Shown: positions 37,199-45,297 of the stretch, one piece after another
How the letters are laid out: every line of letters starts with the position of its first letter
Position numbering within the stretch: position 1 is the stretch's first letter
Source of the DNA: an uncultured virus (IMG/VR IMGVR_UViG_3300008952_002242)
Taxonomy: Duplodnaviria > Heunggongvirae > Uroviricota > Caudoviricetes
DNA length: 64,000 nucleotides
Strand: one strand, 5' to 3'
IMG/VR virus record: IMGVR_UViG_3300008952_002242
Location: 1-64,000 of that record
The notes under the pieces: generated by a model
What the model was told of the DNA's origin: nothing
The model's input: the letters and a program-made list of their open reading frames with translations, nothing else
Databases searched by the model: none
Position numbers and translations under genes: made by a program

Positions 37199-37570
37199 TT
37201 ATAAATAGTTTGGACCAGTCCATTGAAACCAATCAGTATTCTTATTAAAGATACTACCTCTTACCCATTTAGCGGGAGCAGCCCAACTAGCTGCTTTAAA
37301 TACATCTCCACATACATAGGTTTCCCCTTTAAATACACCATCCTTTTTAGCAACAAATCCCCAAACAGAATTACCATGTAACACTTTATCAAATTTTCTA
37401 CCAGGTTTTACTGATAAGCCATCCTTAAACTTATTCCTTGAATTTGTAGGATCGTCACTCCAATTTGAAGTCCAATTCCTATAATCTTCATTGATACCGA
37501 CAAGTAAATTATCTATCGCATTTTTATATTTTGATGGATAACTTTCGTCCAATACACTACCCAAATTCAT
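37199..37570 (-). CDS. conserved phage protein of unknown function
   Basis: GRKFDKV...SVWGFV...GDVFKAASWAAPAKWVRGSI, a motif common in T4-like phages. Confidence 0.7.
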   Translation of the reverse strand: MNLGSVLDESYPSKYKNAIDNLLVGINEDYRNWTSNWSDDPTNSRNKFKDGLSVKPGRKFDKVLHGNSVWGFVAKKDGVFKGETYVCGDVFKAASWAAPAKWVRGSIFNKNTDWFQWTGPNYL

Positions 37571-37767
37571 TACACCCCCCTTAAATAAGTGTTAACTGTT
37601 TCTAAATCCCAGGGTGATAATTTATTAAACCACACATCACTAAAATTAGAAATGTGAATTGGATAATCTGGATTAAAAGTTCCATCATCATCAACCATCA
37701 TTAGCATTCCTGATGATGTGTTAAATACATACCCTACTGAATCAAGAGTTTTTATGTAGTCAATCAT
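37570..37767 (-). CDS. small early protein (paralog of 38203..38541)
   Basis: LDSVGYVFNTSSG...VDDDG...WFNKLSPWD. Confidence 0.65.
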   Translation of the reverse strand: MIDYIKTLDSVGYVFNTSSGMLMMVDDDGTFNPDYPIHISNFSDVWFNKLSPWDLETVNTYLRGV

Positions 37768-37877
37768 TCGTTTTTTCCTTTTTTGTCATATGTGAATATA
37801 CAAAGAATAAATGAAAAAGTCAAGACTTTTTTGAGAGTTTCTTGAGAAATTTTTGCTTTCCATTTTCTATATATATA

Positions 37878-38201
37878 TTAGCGTTGCCACTCTAATATAG
37901 TTCGTTTCAAAGCTTTAAACGTCATATTTCTATGAAGTGTAGCAACAGTATCACCTTCATCATTATCTGCTACAAGATCAATATCATCCCAATATGGATC
38001 GGGTCCAATCTTTTTCATAATTTTACTGTCTTTCTTCAATTCCTTCAGAATAAGTAGTCTATCCTCCACCCCATTTGAATTCCACAAATTAGTAGAATCA
38101 ACAAACACATCTTCACCAACATCAAATGGTCCATAACGCCAAAGTTCTTCTTCATCAGCTTTCAATTTTTCAAACACTATTGTTTCAGCTATATTTCCCA
38201 T
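37878..38201 (-). CDS. hypothetical protein
   Basis: ORF with GGAGG RBS. Confidence 0.6.
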   Translation of the reverse strand: MGNIAETIVFEKLKADEEELWRYGPFDVGEDVFVDSTNLWNSNGVEDRLLILKELKKDSKIMKKIGPDPYWDDIDLVADNDEGDTVATLHRNMTFKALKRTILEWQR

Positions 38202-38202
38202 T

Positions 38203-38541
38203 TTATAACCCCTCCATTAAATCTGTTAATCTACGATCAGTTTCTTTTTGTGCAACACCTAAAATAACCATAGTCCTTTGATAACCCAATTCATCCATCG
38301 TTTCATCAACAACCTTTTTATCAACAGGATGTAATGATTCATACCACTCTTCAGATTCATCTGAAATATCCATATCCATTAAATTGTTCATTACACCTTC
38401 GTCAAAATCAATAGAACTATCTTCATTAACAGGTAGTAAATCACCATTCTCAGTATTAAGAACAGCACCAACACTTGGTAGCCATTCCATAGAATTGGTA
38501 GACTCTACTTTATTTTTTTCCAAATATTCTTTTAAGTTCAT
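38203..38541 (-). CDS. acidic early protein
   Basis: LPSVGAVLNTENG...VNEDS...WYESLHPVD; start moved to after the promoter cassette. Confidence 0.65.
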   Translation of the reverse strand: MNLKEYLEKNKVESTNSMEWLPSVGAVLNTENGDLLPVNEDSSIDFDEGVMNNLMDMDISDESEEWYESLHPVDKKVVDETMDELGYQRTMVILGVAQKETDRRLTDLMEGL

Positions 38542-38593
38542 TGTGTTTTCCTTTTTTTTCATATATGAAGATACAAAAGAAATGCAATACGAG

Positions 38594-38725
38594 TCAAGAC
38601 TTTTTTTTATATTTTTTATAATTTTTATGATTGATATCTAATTCAATCAAACAATTAAAACAAATAGTATAACCTTTAGCTATATCTATTGGTTTTCTTT
38701 TACATCTTTCACATTTATCTCTCAT
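38594..38725 (-). CDS. small zinc-ribbon-like protein (43 aa)
   Basis: Manual translation MRDKCERCKRKPIDIAKGYTICFNCLIELD...; TGATG coupling. Confidence 0.45.
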   Translation of the reverse strand: MRDKCERCKRKPIDIAKGYTICFNCLIELDINHKNYKKYKKKS

Positions 38726-39336
38726 CAAATAAATGGTATAAATTGATTTCCAGTTTCATGCTTCCAAGTACCATTATATTCTGATGGTGTTATTATATCA
38801 AAGGCTAATGTAATTCTTGGCTCATCCGATTTATTCTCAGTAGATTTATGATAAGTTATCATATCACAAATTATATGACAATTCCCTGTTTCGGATTTTA
38901 CTTCATCATATATTTCATTTTTATCATTTCTATATAGAGTATATGAATCTTCTGGAGCATTTACACAAAATACACCATGATATGTATTAGGTGTATATCT
39001 ATCCATATGATTATGCCAATCAATGAAATCACCCTTTTCAAATATATTAACCCATCCATGAATATAATATGGTATAGTCATATCAATATCAATTTCTTTC
39101 GCATATTTAAAAAACTCTGTTCTTATCCAAAAATATAAATTTGCAAAGGGGCCTGGCCATCGAAAAGCATTGTACTGAATATTATTCATTACCCAATGTG
39201 GTCTTTTTATAATCTCTCTACCCTCATCAGATAATATAAATGATTTACAATTATTTGCCACAACATCACTATTTGGGATATTTATTTTTAGTAGTTTTCC
39301 CAGATGATCCGGGTTATATAACATTCTATAATTCAT
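38725..39336 (-). CDS. 2OG-Fe(II) oxygenase
   Basis: WVNIFEKGDFIDWHNH...HGVFCV...YHKSTEN...PRITLAFD. Confidence 0.8.
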   Translation of the reverse strand: MNYRMLYNPDHLGKLLKINIPNSDVVANNCKSFILSDEGREIIKRPHWVMNNIQYNAFRWPGPFANLYFWIRTEFFKYAKEIDIDMTIPYYIHGWVNIFEKGDFIDWHNHMDRYTPNTYHGVFCVNAPEDSYTLYRNDKNEIYDEVKSETGNCHIICDMITYHKSTENKSDEPRITLAFDIITPSEYNGTWKHETGNQFIPFI

Positions 39337-39351
39337 AATGGTATTTTAATA

Positions 39352-39603
39352 TCACTTATCAAAATAACCCAAATCTTTTAACACAACTGTTGCTAAATGA
39401 TTTGCCATAACTTTATATTTTGGATACTTACCCATAGTTTCAATCAATCCAATAAAATATTCTGTAGGAACATGTTCTAAATCATATTCCATCATACCCT
39501 CACAGGCCGTTATAAATGAATGTAATGCTATCGTTATATCGGAAGGTAATGTATCTATCACCTTTAGATCATTTAATGTTTCTATAAGTTGCTTATCTAC
39601 CAT
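39352..39603 (-). CDS. hypothetical protein
   Basis: Intact ORF. Confidence 0.6.
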   Translation of the reverse strand: MVDKQLIETLNDLKVIDTLPSDITIALHSFITACEGMMEYDLEHVPTEYFIGLIETMGKYPKYKVMANHLATVVLKDLGYFDK

Positions 39604-39682
39604 ATCATAATATACATAATAATACTTATTAATACAAGTGTTTTATATTTATAAATAGAACATTAATTAATGGAGTTCAATT

Positions 39683-39877
39683 ATGAAAAATATATTGACA
39701 GGAATCTTATCTTTATTTATCTTCTTTAGTGCTGTTCCAACTGCTAATGCTGCAGATTTTAATATGGCAGGTATGGAAGAAGTGAAGAAAAAGAAGAAGA
39801 GTAAGAAAAAGAAAAAAGTTGGAAAAGGAAAGAAAAAGAAGAAAGGCTTTTTCTCAAAGGTATTCGGTTCTAAGTAA
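39683..39877 (+). CDS. secreted lysine-rich peptide
   Basis: GGAG RBS; signal peptide ending ANA; mature part EEVKKKKKSKKKKKVGKGKKKKKGFFSKVFGSK; ATATTTAT motif upstream, terminator downstream. Confidence 0.7.
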   Translation: MKNILTGILSLFIFFSAVPTANAADFNMAGMEEVKKKKKSKKKKKVGKGKKKKKGFFSKVFGSK

Positions 39878-39888
39878 TCCAATACTAC

Positions 39889-39927
39889 TAAAAAAACCCC
39901 TATTATATTATTTAATGGGGTTTTTTT
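39889..39927. terminator. bidirectional intrinsic terminator
   Basis: AAAAAAACCCC...GGGGTTTTTTT between convergent genes. Confidence 0.7.
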
Positions 39928-40156
39928 ATTTTGCTGCCCACCCTCCTATCATCAACCTTTTTTCTATTGTCTCAAGCCGTTGATTCAAATTTGTTATTGT
40001 TTCTGTATTATCTTGGGGTGATTTAGAACTTGGTTTTAATCGTTTTATATCTTCTTTAATTTCCGAATATGAAGCTTCTACATCTTTTTCAAGTTGAATT
40101 AATTTTTCTTCAATTAATTTCATTCTTTCTTCATAGTCGTTCCCAAATAATCCCAT
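39926..40156 (-). CDS. coiled-coil hypothetical protein
   Basis: Intact ORF. Confidence 0.55.
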   Translation of the reverse strand: MGLFGNDYEERMKLIEEKLIQLEKDVEASYSEIKEDIKRLKPSSKSPQDNTETITNLNQRLETIEKRLMIGGWAAK

Positions 40157-40178
40157 GTGATATGCCCCCTTTAAATTA

Positions 40179-40451
40179 TTAATTTATATTAGATGTTTCT
40201 AAAACTTCACCCAATACTAACGCATATCTATTGGGTACAGATTGCCTATCAATAGTCAATTCTTTATATTCTACTTTCATAGTAGGTGAATTTGAATTAT
40301 ATCCATTTCTAAATACAATAACATTATAGTCTTTATTTTCTAATCGTGGTGTCCAATAGTCAGATATATCTCTATACTCTATTGTTTTAGTACCATTTAG
40401 TATTTCATCAAAAAATTGTTTTTTTAATGTTAGTGTTAAAGTATTATTCAT
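40179..40451 (-). CDS. ASCH/PUA-like domain protein
   Basis: LTLKKQFFDEILNGTKTIEYRDISDYWTPRL...FRNGY (GxKxxExR). Confidence 0.85.
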   Translation of the reverse strand: MNNTLTLTLKKQFFDEILNGTKTIEYRDISDYWTPRLENKDYNVIVFRNGYNSNSPTMKVEYKELTIDRQSVPNRYALVLGEVLETSNIN

Positions 40452-41230
40452 TTTCTACCACCCTTATCCATTGTTGTTGAGAATTTTTTCAATTTATCAT
40501 ATGCTCTAAATTTCTTTAATTTTTCTTGTTTAGTCCATTTCATCTTATCAAATACTTTCATTCTCATATGTTGTTTAACTATAAAGTAAATATCAACTGC
40601 ATTACCACCCATTGATTTTATCCACTTAGCATATTTCTTAACCAACTTAGCTGAAACATGCTCATGCCCATAGTGTGTCCAAAATCCTTTCTTTGGATGA
40701 AGTGCCGCTGTTTCATCTTTACCTATATCATGAAATAATGCGGCAAGTGCGAAATCTATATCACCTGTTTGTAATGCTCTATTAGTTACAGCTATGGTAT
40801 GTTTCAATACATTACCTTCAGGATGGGCATCCCTTCTTTGATCATATTTTTTTAAATTGTAAACTCTTTTTTTTAAATCGATCGGCAATGCGTTATAAAT
40901 ATCTTTAAATTTTGTTGGTTTGATTCTTGCTGCAATCTCACCTAATTTACCTATTTTTTCTTTTTCTGCTTTAGACATTTTAGTCCAATGTTTTTGAATA
41001 CCACCACCAAACTTTTTCAAATTCTTATCTCTTGTCTTTTTCAACATTACAAAGATTATATGATGTTTCTCTCTATCGGAAAGATTAGGTGGCATCAATT
41101 GTTTTTTTGGACCTTTACGAACTGAAGGTGCTTTTAGTTTCTTTTTAAGTGCAGTAATCTCTGCCTTGGTTAAAGGTTTACCCATCCTTTTAGTCCATTG
41201 TTCAAATAGTAAATCTATTAATTTAATCAT
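40448..41230 (-). CDS. HD-domain phosphohydrolase (CCA-enzyme HD-like) with MIKLIDLLFE leader
   Basis: HPEGNVLKHT...AALFHDIGK...HYGHEHVSA...VKQHM. Confidence 0.8.
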   Translation of the reverse strand: MIKLIDLLFEQWTKRMGKPLTKAEITALKKKLKAPSVRKGPKKQLMPPNLSDREKHHIIFVMLKKTRDKNLKKFGGGIQKHWTKMSKAEKEKIGKLGEIAARIKPTKFKDIYNALPIDLKKRVYNLKKYDQRRDAHPEGNVLKHTIAVTNRALQTGDIDFALAALFHDIGKDETAALHPKKGFWTHYGHEHVSAKLVKKYAKWIKSMGGNAVDIYFIVKQHMRMKVFDKMKWTKQEKLKKFRAYDKLKKFSTTMDKGGRK

Positions 41231-41547
41231 TTTAGTGCCTTCAACACTTTATTTACATTTTGACCATCTCTTTTAACCATATCAATATCTTCAGGATTTT
41301 TTAAAATCTTTTTAATTGCATTTTTTTGTGATGAAGATAATTTTTTTAACTTACCATACATCCCAAGTAAATGTTCAGGTGATGTTCCAATATCTCTAAT
41401 AAAATGTCGTGGTCCCAAATCAAATCCTATTGTACGCCATTTACCTTTCATAAACTTATCAAATACCAAATTTACATATTTTCCATCTGAACTAATATAT
41501 GTATCACCTATATTAACCTCTCTTAATAAATCTTTTAATTTTATCAT
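41227..41547 (-). CDS. protein with MIKLKDLLRE leader
   Basis: Start at ATG 41547 (TAATG coupling). Confidence 0.7.
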   Translation of the reverse strand: MIKLKDLLREVNIGDTYISSDGKYVNLVFDKFMKGKWRTIGFDLGPRHFIRDIGTSPEHLLGMYGKLKKLSSSQKNAIKKILKNPEDIDMVKRDGQNVNKVLKALK

Positions 41548-41918
41548 TACCAATCCCAACCCATTATAGTTTTTTTAGTTTTCCAATTATGTGCTACTTC
41601 AGCAGGTGTAAATTTTTTATCTACCTTCGGTTTCCAAAATGAATAATACTCTTTTTTAGGCCACCCCTTTTTAGCATATTTACTTCCACCCATCACCATC
41701 GTTTGCCAATCTTTTACTAAATTGCCATCTTCTACCCAAGCATGCCTATATCTTTTATTATTAGACACATGTTTATTCTGAACAGTACCATAGGTAATCT
41801 TCATCTTCTTATTTGCTTGTTTATTATCTTGATTTATAATTCCCATTTTCCAAACATAAGAAAGACACTCACCACAAGCTATTGTTGCTTCAATCAATAA
41901 CTCTTTTAATTTAATCAT
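41547..41918 (-). CDS. protein with MIKLKELLIE leader; possible Cys-His-Asp fold
   Basis: CGEC...HAWVEDGNLVKD. Confidence 0.7.
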   Translation of the reverse strand: MIKLKELLIEATIACGECLSYVWKMGIINQDNKQANKKMKITYGTVQNKHVSNNKRYRHAWVEDGNLVKDWQTMVMGGSKYAKKGWPKKEYYSFWKPKVDKKFTPAEVAHNWKTKKTIMGWDW

Positions 41919-41968
41919 TATCTCTTCACTTTATGTCTATCATCATCCGCCGGATGTTCTGAATGTCC

Positions 41969-42640
41969 TCATCTCTCTTGCACAGGTTTAAGTCTATTCT
42001 TTGCTAATATAGATACAAATTTTATTTTAGCATTGGCTAATTGTTTTAATTCATCTTTTGGTAGCTTATCTAAAAACTTAACAAATTTCTTATAAGTGGG
42101 TGAAGATGGATTCATTTTACTTAGAGTACTATATGCGTGCCGCATAATCTCTATTTGTTCTTTTGAGAACTTACCTTCATTTACGGATTCACCAATTACA
42201 AATTCAGTACCCATTCTTGTTTTTTTAAAATTTTTTATTTTTAGTTTTGAATTTAAATTTTTATTTGCATCTTTTAATACATCTCCCATACTATCTTGAT
42301 ACATATAACTTTTCATTTTTAAAAAGAAATCTTTACCTTTTGGTTTCATAGCGATTAAAGCTTTTGTACCAATACCAAGATTATCTAAAGACATATCTAA
42401 TTGATATTTTAAATCTGATTTATTTACCTTTTCATTTACGGATTCTCTTATATTCTTTTTTATCATATCTAATTGTAATTGCATGTAATCTACAACTTCT
42501 AGAAAATCCTCATCATTTTGTTGGTTATGATATTTTTTTAGATTTTTTGTTTCTCTATCAAGGATTTTAATAAACTTTTTACTTTGATTCCAACCCTTTG
42601 GTGTTATAGCTTCATTTAATAAATCTTTTAACTTAATCAT
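41969..42640 (-). CDS. multi-segment protein with MIKLKDLLNE leader
   Basis: Internal ESVNE repeated twice. Confidence 0.7.
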   Translation of the reverse strand: MIKLKDLLNEAITPKGWNQSKKFIKILDRETKNLKKYHNQQNDEDFLEVVDYMQLQLDMIKKNIRESVNEKVNKSDLKYQLDMSLDNLGIGTKALIAMKPKGKDFFLKMKSYMYQDSMGDVLKDANKNLNSKLKIKNFKKTRMGTEFVIGESVNEGKFSKEQIEIMRHAYSTLSKMNPSSPTYKKFVKFLDKLPKDELKQLANAKIKFVSILAKNRLKPVQER

Positions 42641-42643
42641 ATC

Positions 42644-42889
42644 TTAATACCTCTTCAGAGAGTCTAATTTGAATTGCCACTTCAGTTCTTCTAATTGTTG
42701 GTCTCTCTTCATTAATTCAATTTCTGCCTGTATAGTCTTTACTTTATCTTGTTGTTGTAATTCTTGTTCCAACGCAGATACTCTGTTCTCTAACTTATAC
42801 CAACCACCACCAATAGCACCCAACAGGCCTAACATATTGATAATAAACTTAATATTAGAGTTAGAATTTTTTAGAAAATACTCTTCCAT
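42644..42889 (-). CDS. single-TM coiled-coil protein
   Basis: IINMLGLLGAIGGGWY followed by heptads. Confidence 0.6.
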   Translation of the reverse strand: MEEYFLKNSNSNIKFIINMLGLLGAIGGGWYKLENRVSALEQELQQQDKVKTIQAEIELMKRDQQLEELKWQFKLDSLKRY

Positions 42890-42916
42890 ACATAGATAAA
42901 TATACAGAATAAATAG

Positions 42917-43021
42917 TTAATAAACTTCTATATAGTATGGTATATGTAGGATAAAGGATAAGGCTACAACAATTATAAAGAACAGTACAAAAAGTTTTTC
43001 TTTTGTACTGTGATTCAACAT
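42917..43021 (-). CDS. small hydrophobic peptide (34 aa)
   Basis: Manual translation MLNHSTKEKLFVLFFIIVVALSFILHIPYYIEVY. Confidence 0.4.
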   Translation of the reverse strand: MLNHSTKEKLFVLFFIIVVALSFILHIPYYIEVY

Positions 43022-43155
43022 TATAGATAAATGAATTTATTCTTCATACTATTAAGTATAATGAATATATAAAAGCTATGCTAGAAAAACCAGGAATATT
43101 ATTCACGAAGGCTTAGCGTGTTAAAGTGATACTTCAAGCTTGCAGACAACCAAAT

Positions 43156-43306
43156 GAAGATTCCCCACTACACTTCTCTATACACGACAATTACCCACAA
43201 ATATGTGGTAAATGATGTTATTGGGGTTAGGGTCGGCGTGACGATACAATACACTAACCATAAGTCAATGTATTGTGTCACTTAGGGGTTTGGTGGGGAA
43301 GTCTCC
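43156..43306 (-). ncRNA. 151-nt structured RNA (three-way junction)
   Basis: Closing stem GGAGA(C)TTCCCCAC/GTGGGGAATCTTC; 13-bp hairpin ACAATACATTGAC/GTTAGTGTATTGT with two G.U on the - strand. Confidence 0.55.
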
Positions 43307-43318
43307 TTTAAATTAAAT

Positions 43319-43353
43319 GGTGGGGAAGGAAAAAGGAGGAAACCGTCCCCACC
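43319..43353 (-). ncRNA. hairpin presenting an anti-Shine-Dalgarno loop
   Basis: GGTGGGGA-C-GG-TTTCCTCCTTTTT-CC-T-TCCCCACC. Confidence 0.5.
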
Positions 43354-43397
43354 GATGATGGGTAGTTGGTATTTTACCGTAGTAAACTAATGTCTAC

Positions 43398-44546
43398 TTA
43401 TTCTTCTACCTCATCAAAAAGTTCTTCACCACTTTCGTCATTAACAAATTTCTGAACAATTTGCTTTACGAAAGTTCTTTCACTATCTACCCCACCACTA
43501 TTATCATATTGTGGATAGATGGTGATTTCTGCGGATTCCAAAAGTGAGAAACCATCGAAAAGTAATCCTACTATTTCAACCGAAGTCCGAGTAGAGATAC
43601 CACTTCCTATTCTAGCATTTTCATTTTCTGACTCACTTCTCGTTAGATAGGCAATTTTAGATACATCAGTTATTAATCCTTCATCTACTGATGGATACAT
43701 ATAACGAAGTAATCCAAATTCTTCTTCTTCATTAAGTAAGTCCATTTCGATTACTGTGAACCTATCCATAAGAGCTTTATCCAACTGTCTTGTGGAGGTA
43801 TATTCATTACCTATGTTTGCCGTAGCTATGAAACATACACCATCTGCGACCTTAATAGTATCACTTCCATCTTTTTCATCCAACCTTAAATATCTCTGTC
43901 CACTATCCAAAACTGTCATTAAGATGTTCCACGCATCAGGGTGAGCCCGAGTCAACTCATCTAATAGTATTACAGAGTTTGGTGTTTGAATAGCTTTTAC
44001 AAATAGTGATTCAGAAAAGAAAGTTCCTTTCTCTTTATTATAATGAGTGTTCCCAATTAAAGTAGATCGGGGATCTTGTGTCCCACCCATATTGAAATAG
44101 TATGATGGACGATCGAGTGAATTAATTAATGACTTCGCCGCGAGTGTCTTACCACATCCAGCTTGCCCTGTCATCATAATATTTTTACCCCTAATGGCTG
44201 ACCTAATGAGATACTTCCATTTAAGTTCACTCATTACCAAACCTTTAGGTTTCAATCTATATGAAGTAGAAATAAAATTCATCACTTCAGCATGATCAGT
44301 AGGTACTTCAACTTCTGAAGATGGTGGTGTAACGAAAGTATTACTTATATTATCGAATTCAGACATTGGTACTTTCCACCAATAAACCCTTCCACCTTTA
44401 CCTTCCCTTTTTTCCAAAGCCATACCCTTATTGAAAGCAGACTTTCGAGTAGATGTGAGAATTTGGGAAGTGACTTTCTCCCCACTTTGAGTGTACGCGT
44501 TATAACGATTCCCACTCATCTCAATTTTTACAATAGTTTTATTCAT
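43398..44546 (-). CDS. MoxR/CbbQ/CobS-like AAA+ ATPase
   Basis: GQAGCGKT Walker A, ILLDELTR Walker B, ATANIG, LDKALMDRF. Confidence 0.9.
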   Translation of the reverse strand: MNKTIVKIEMSGNRYNAYTQSGEKVTSQILTSTRKSAFNKGMALEKREGKGGRVYWWKVPMSEFDNISNTFVTPPSSEVEVPTDHAEVMNFISTSYRLKPKGLVMSELKWKYLIRSAIRGKNIMMTGQAGCGKTLAAKSLINSLDRPSYYFNMGGTQDPRSTLIGNTHYNKEKGTFFSESLFVKAIQTPNSVILLDELTRAHPDAWNILMTVLDSGQRYLRLDEKDGSDTIKVADGVCFIATANIGNEYTSTRQLDKALMDRFTVIEMDLLNEEEEFGLLRYMYPSVDEGLITDVSKIAYLTRSESENENARIGSGISTRTSVEIVGLLFDGFSLLESAEITIYPQYDNSGGVDSERTFVKQIVQKFVNDESGEELFDEVEE

Positions 44547-44591
44547 TTAAAATTCCCTTTTTTTCCTTTTTTTGAACAACTAATAATACAA

Positions 44592-44726
44592 CTAAAATGC
44601 AATATAAGTCAAGACATTTCTGAAATATATTGGATTAAAAATTTCGTATAGGTTTACGCCCTTTCCTACTATTTCACCCATTATGGTATCTGATAAATCA
44701 GACAGGCTTTGAGACACTAAGTTCAT
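44592..44726 (-). CDS. small early protein
   Basis: AAGGAG RBS directly after a promoter cassette. Confidence 0.45.
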   Translation of the reverse strand: MNLVSQSLSDLSDTIMGEIVGKGVNLYEIFNPIYFRNVLTYIAF

Positions 44727-45297
44727 CGTTTTTTCTCCTTTTGTCATATATGAATATACTAAAGAAATACCATATAAGTCAAGACTTTTCTTCACTTTTT
44801 TTAAAATAATTACACCATAAGTTAGTCCCCCCACGGCTTATTGAGACTCAATCTCAATAGTTCTAACTATAACAATATAAAGATATACACCACGCTCGAT
44901 ATCGAGTCTCAATAGTGATGAATTAACCTTTTTTTTTATATATACCCCCCTCAATATACACATAAAAAGCTATATAAGTCAAGCTTTATTTTAATTATTT
45001 TGGAACTTTTTTGCCCTTTTATCGTAGTATTTGGGTTTTAAATCCAAATCTCTAGCTTATGGTAGGGACGAAATATACATAAAGTTATTGATAAAGTCAA
45101 GCTTTATATCTACATATATTGTTCAACTTAGGGATTTTTTCCGACCACGGCGTGTGTGGACAATATATATTTGAGATTATATTATAATATAAAAAATACC
45201 CTAATCGTAATGATTAGAGTATTATAAGGTGGGTAATTGTGGTTAAGAGTGGTGATTAATGAATATGTACCACTCTTATAAGGTATATCTTAGTCTA

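Noticed and set aside
39667..39882. 71-aa Phe-rich - strand ORF
   Set aside because: Reverse complement of the Lys-codon run of the + strand gene.
43221..43298. Telomere-like TTGGGGTTAGGG / template-like CCCTAACCCCAA suggesting an RT template RNA or G-quadruplex
   Set aside because: No reverse transcriptase in the window and only a single short match; kept only as C-rich linkers of the structured RNA.
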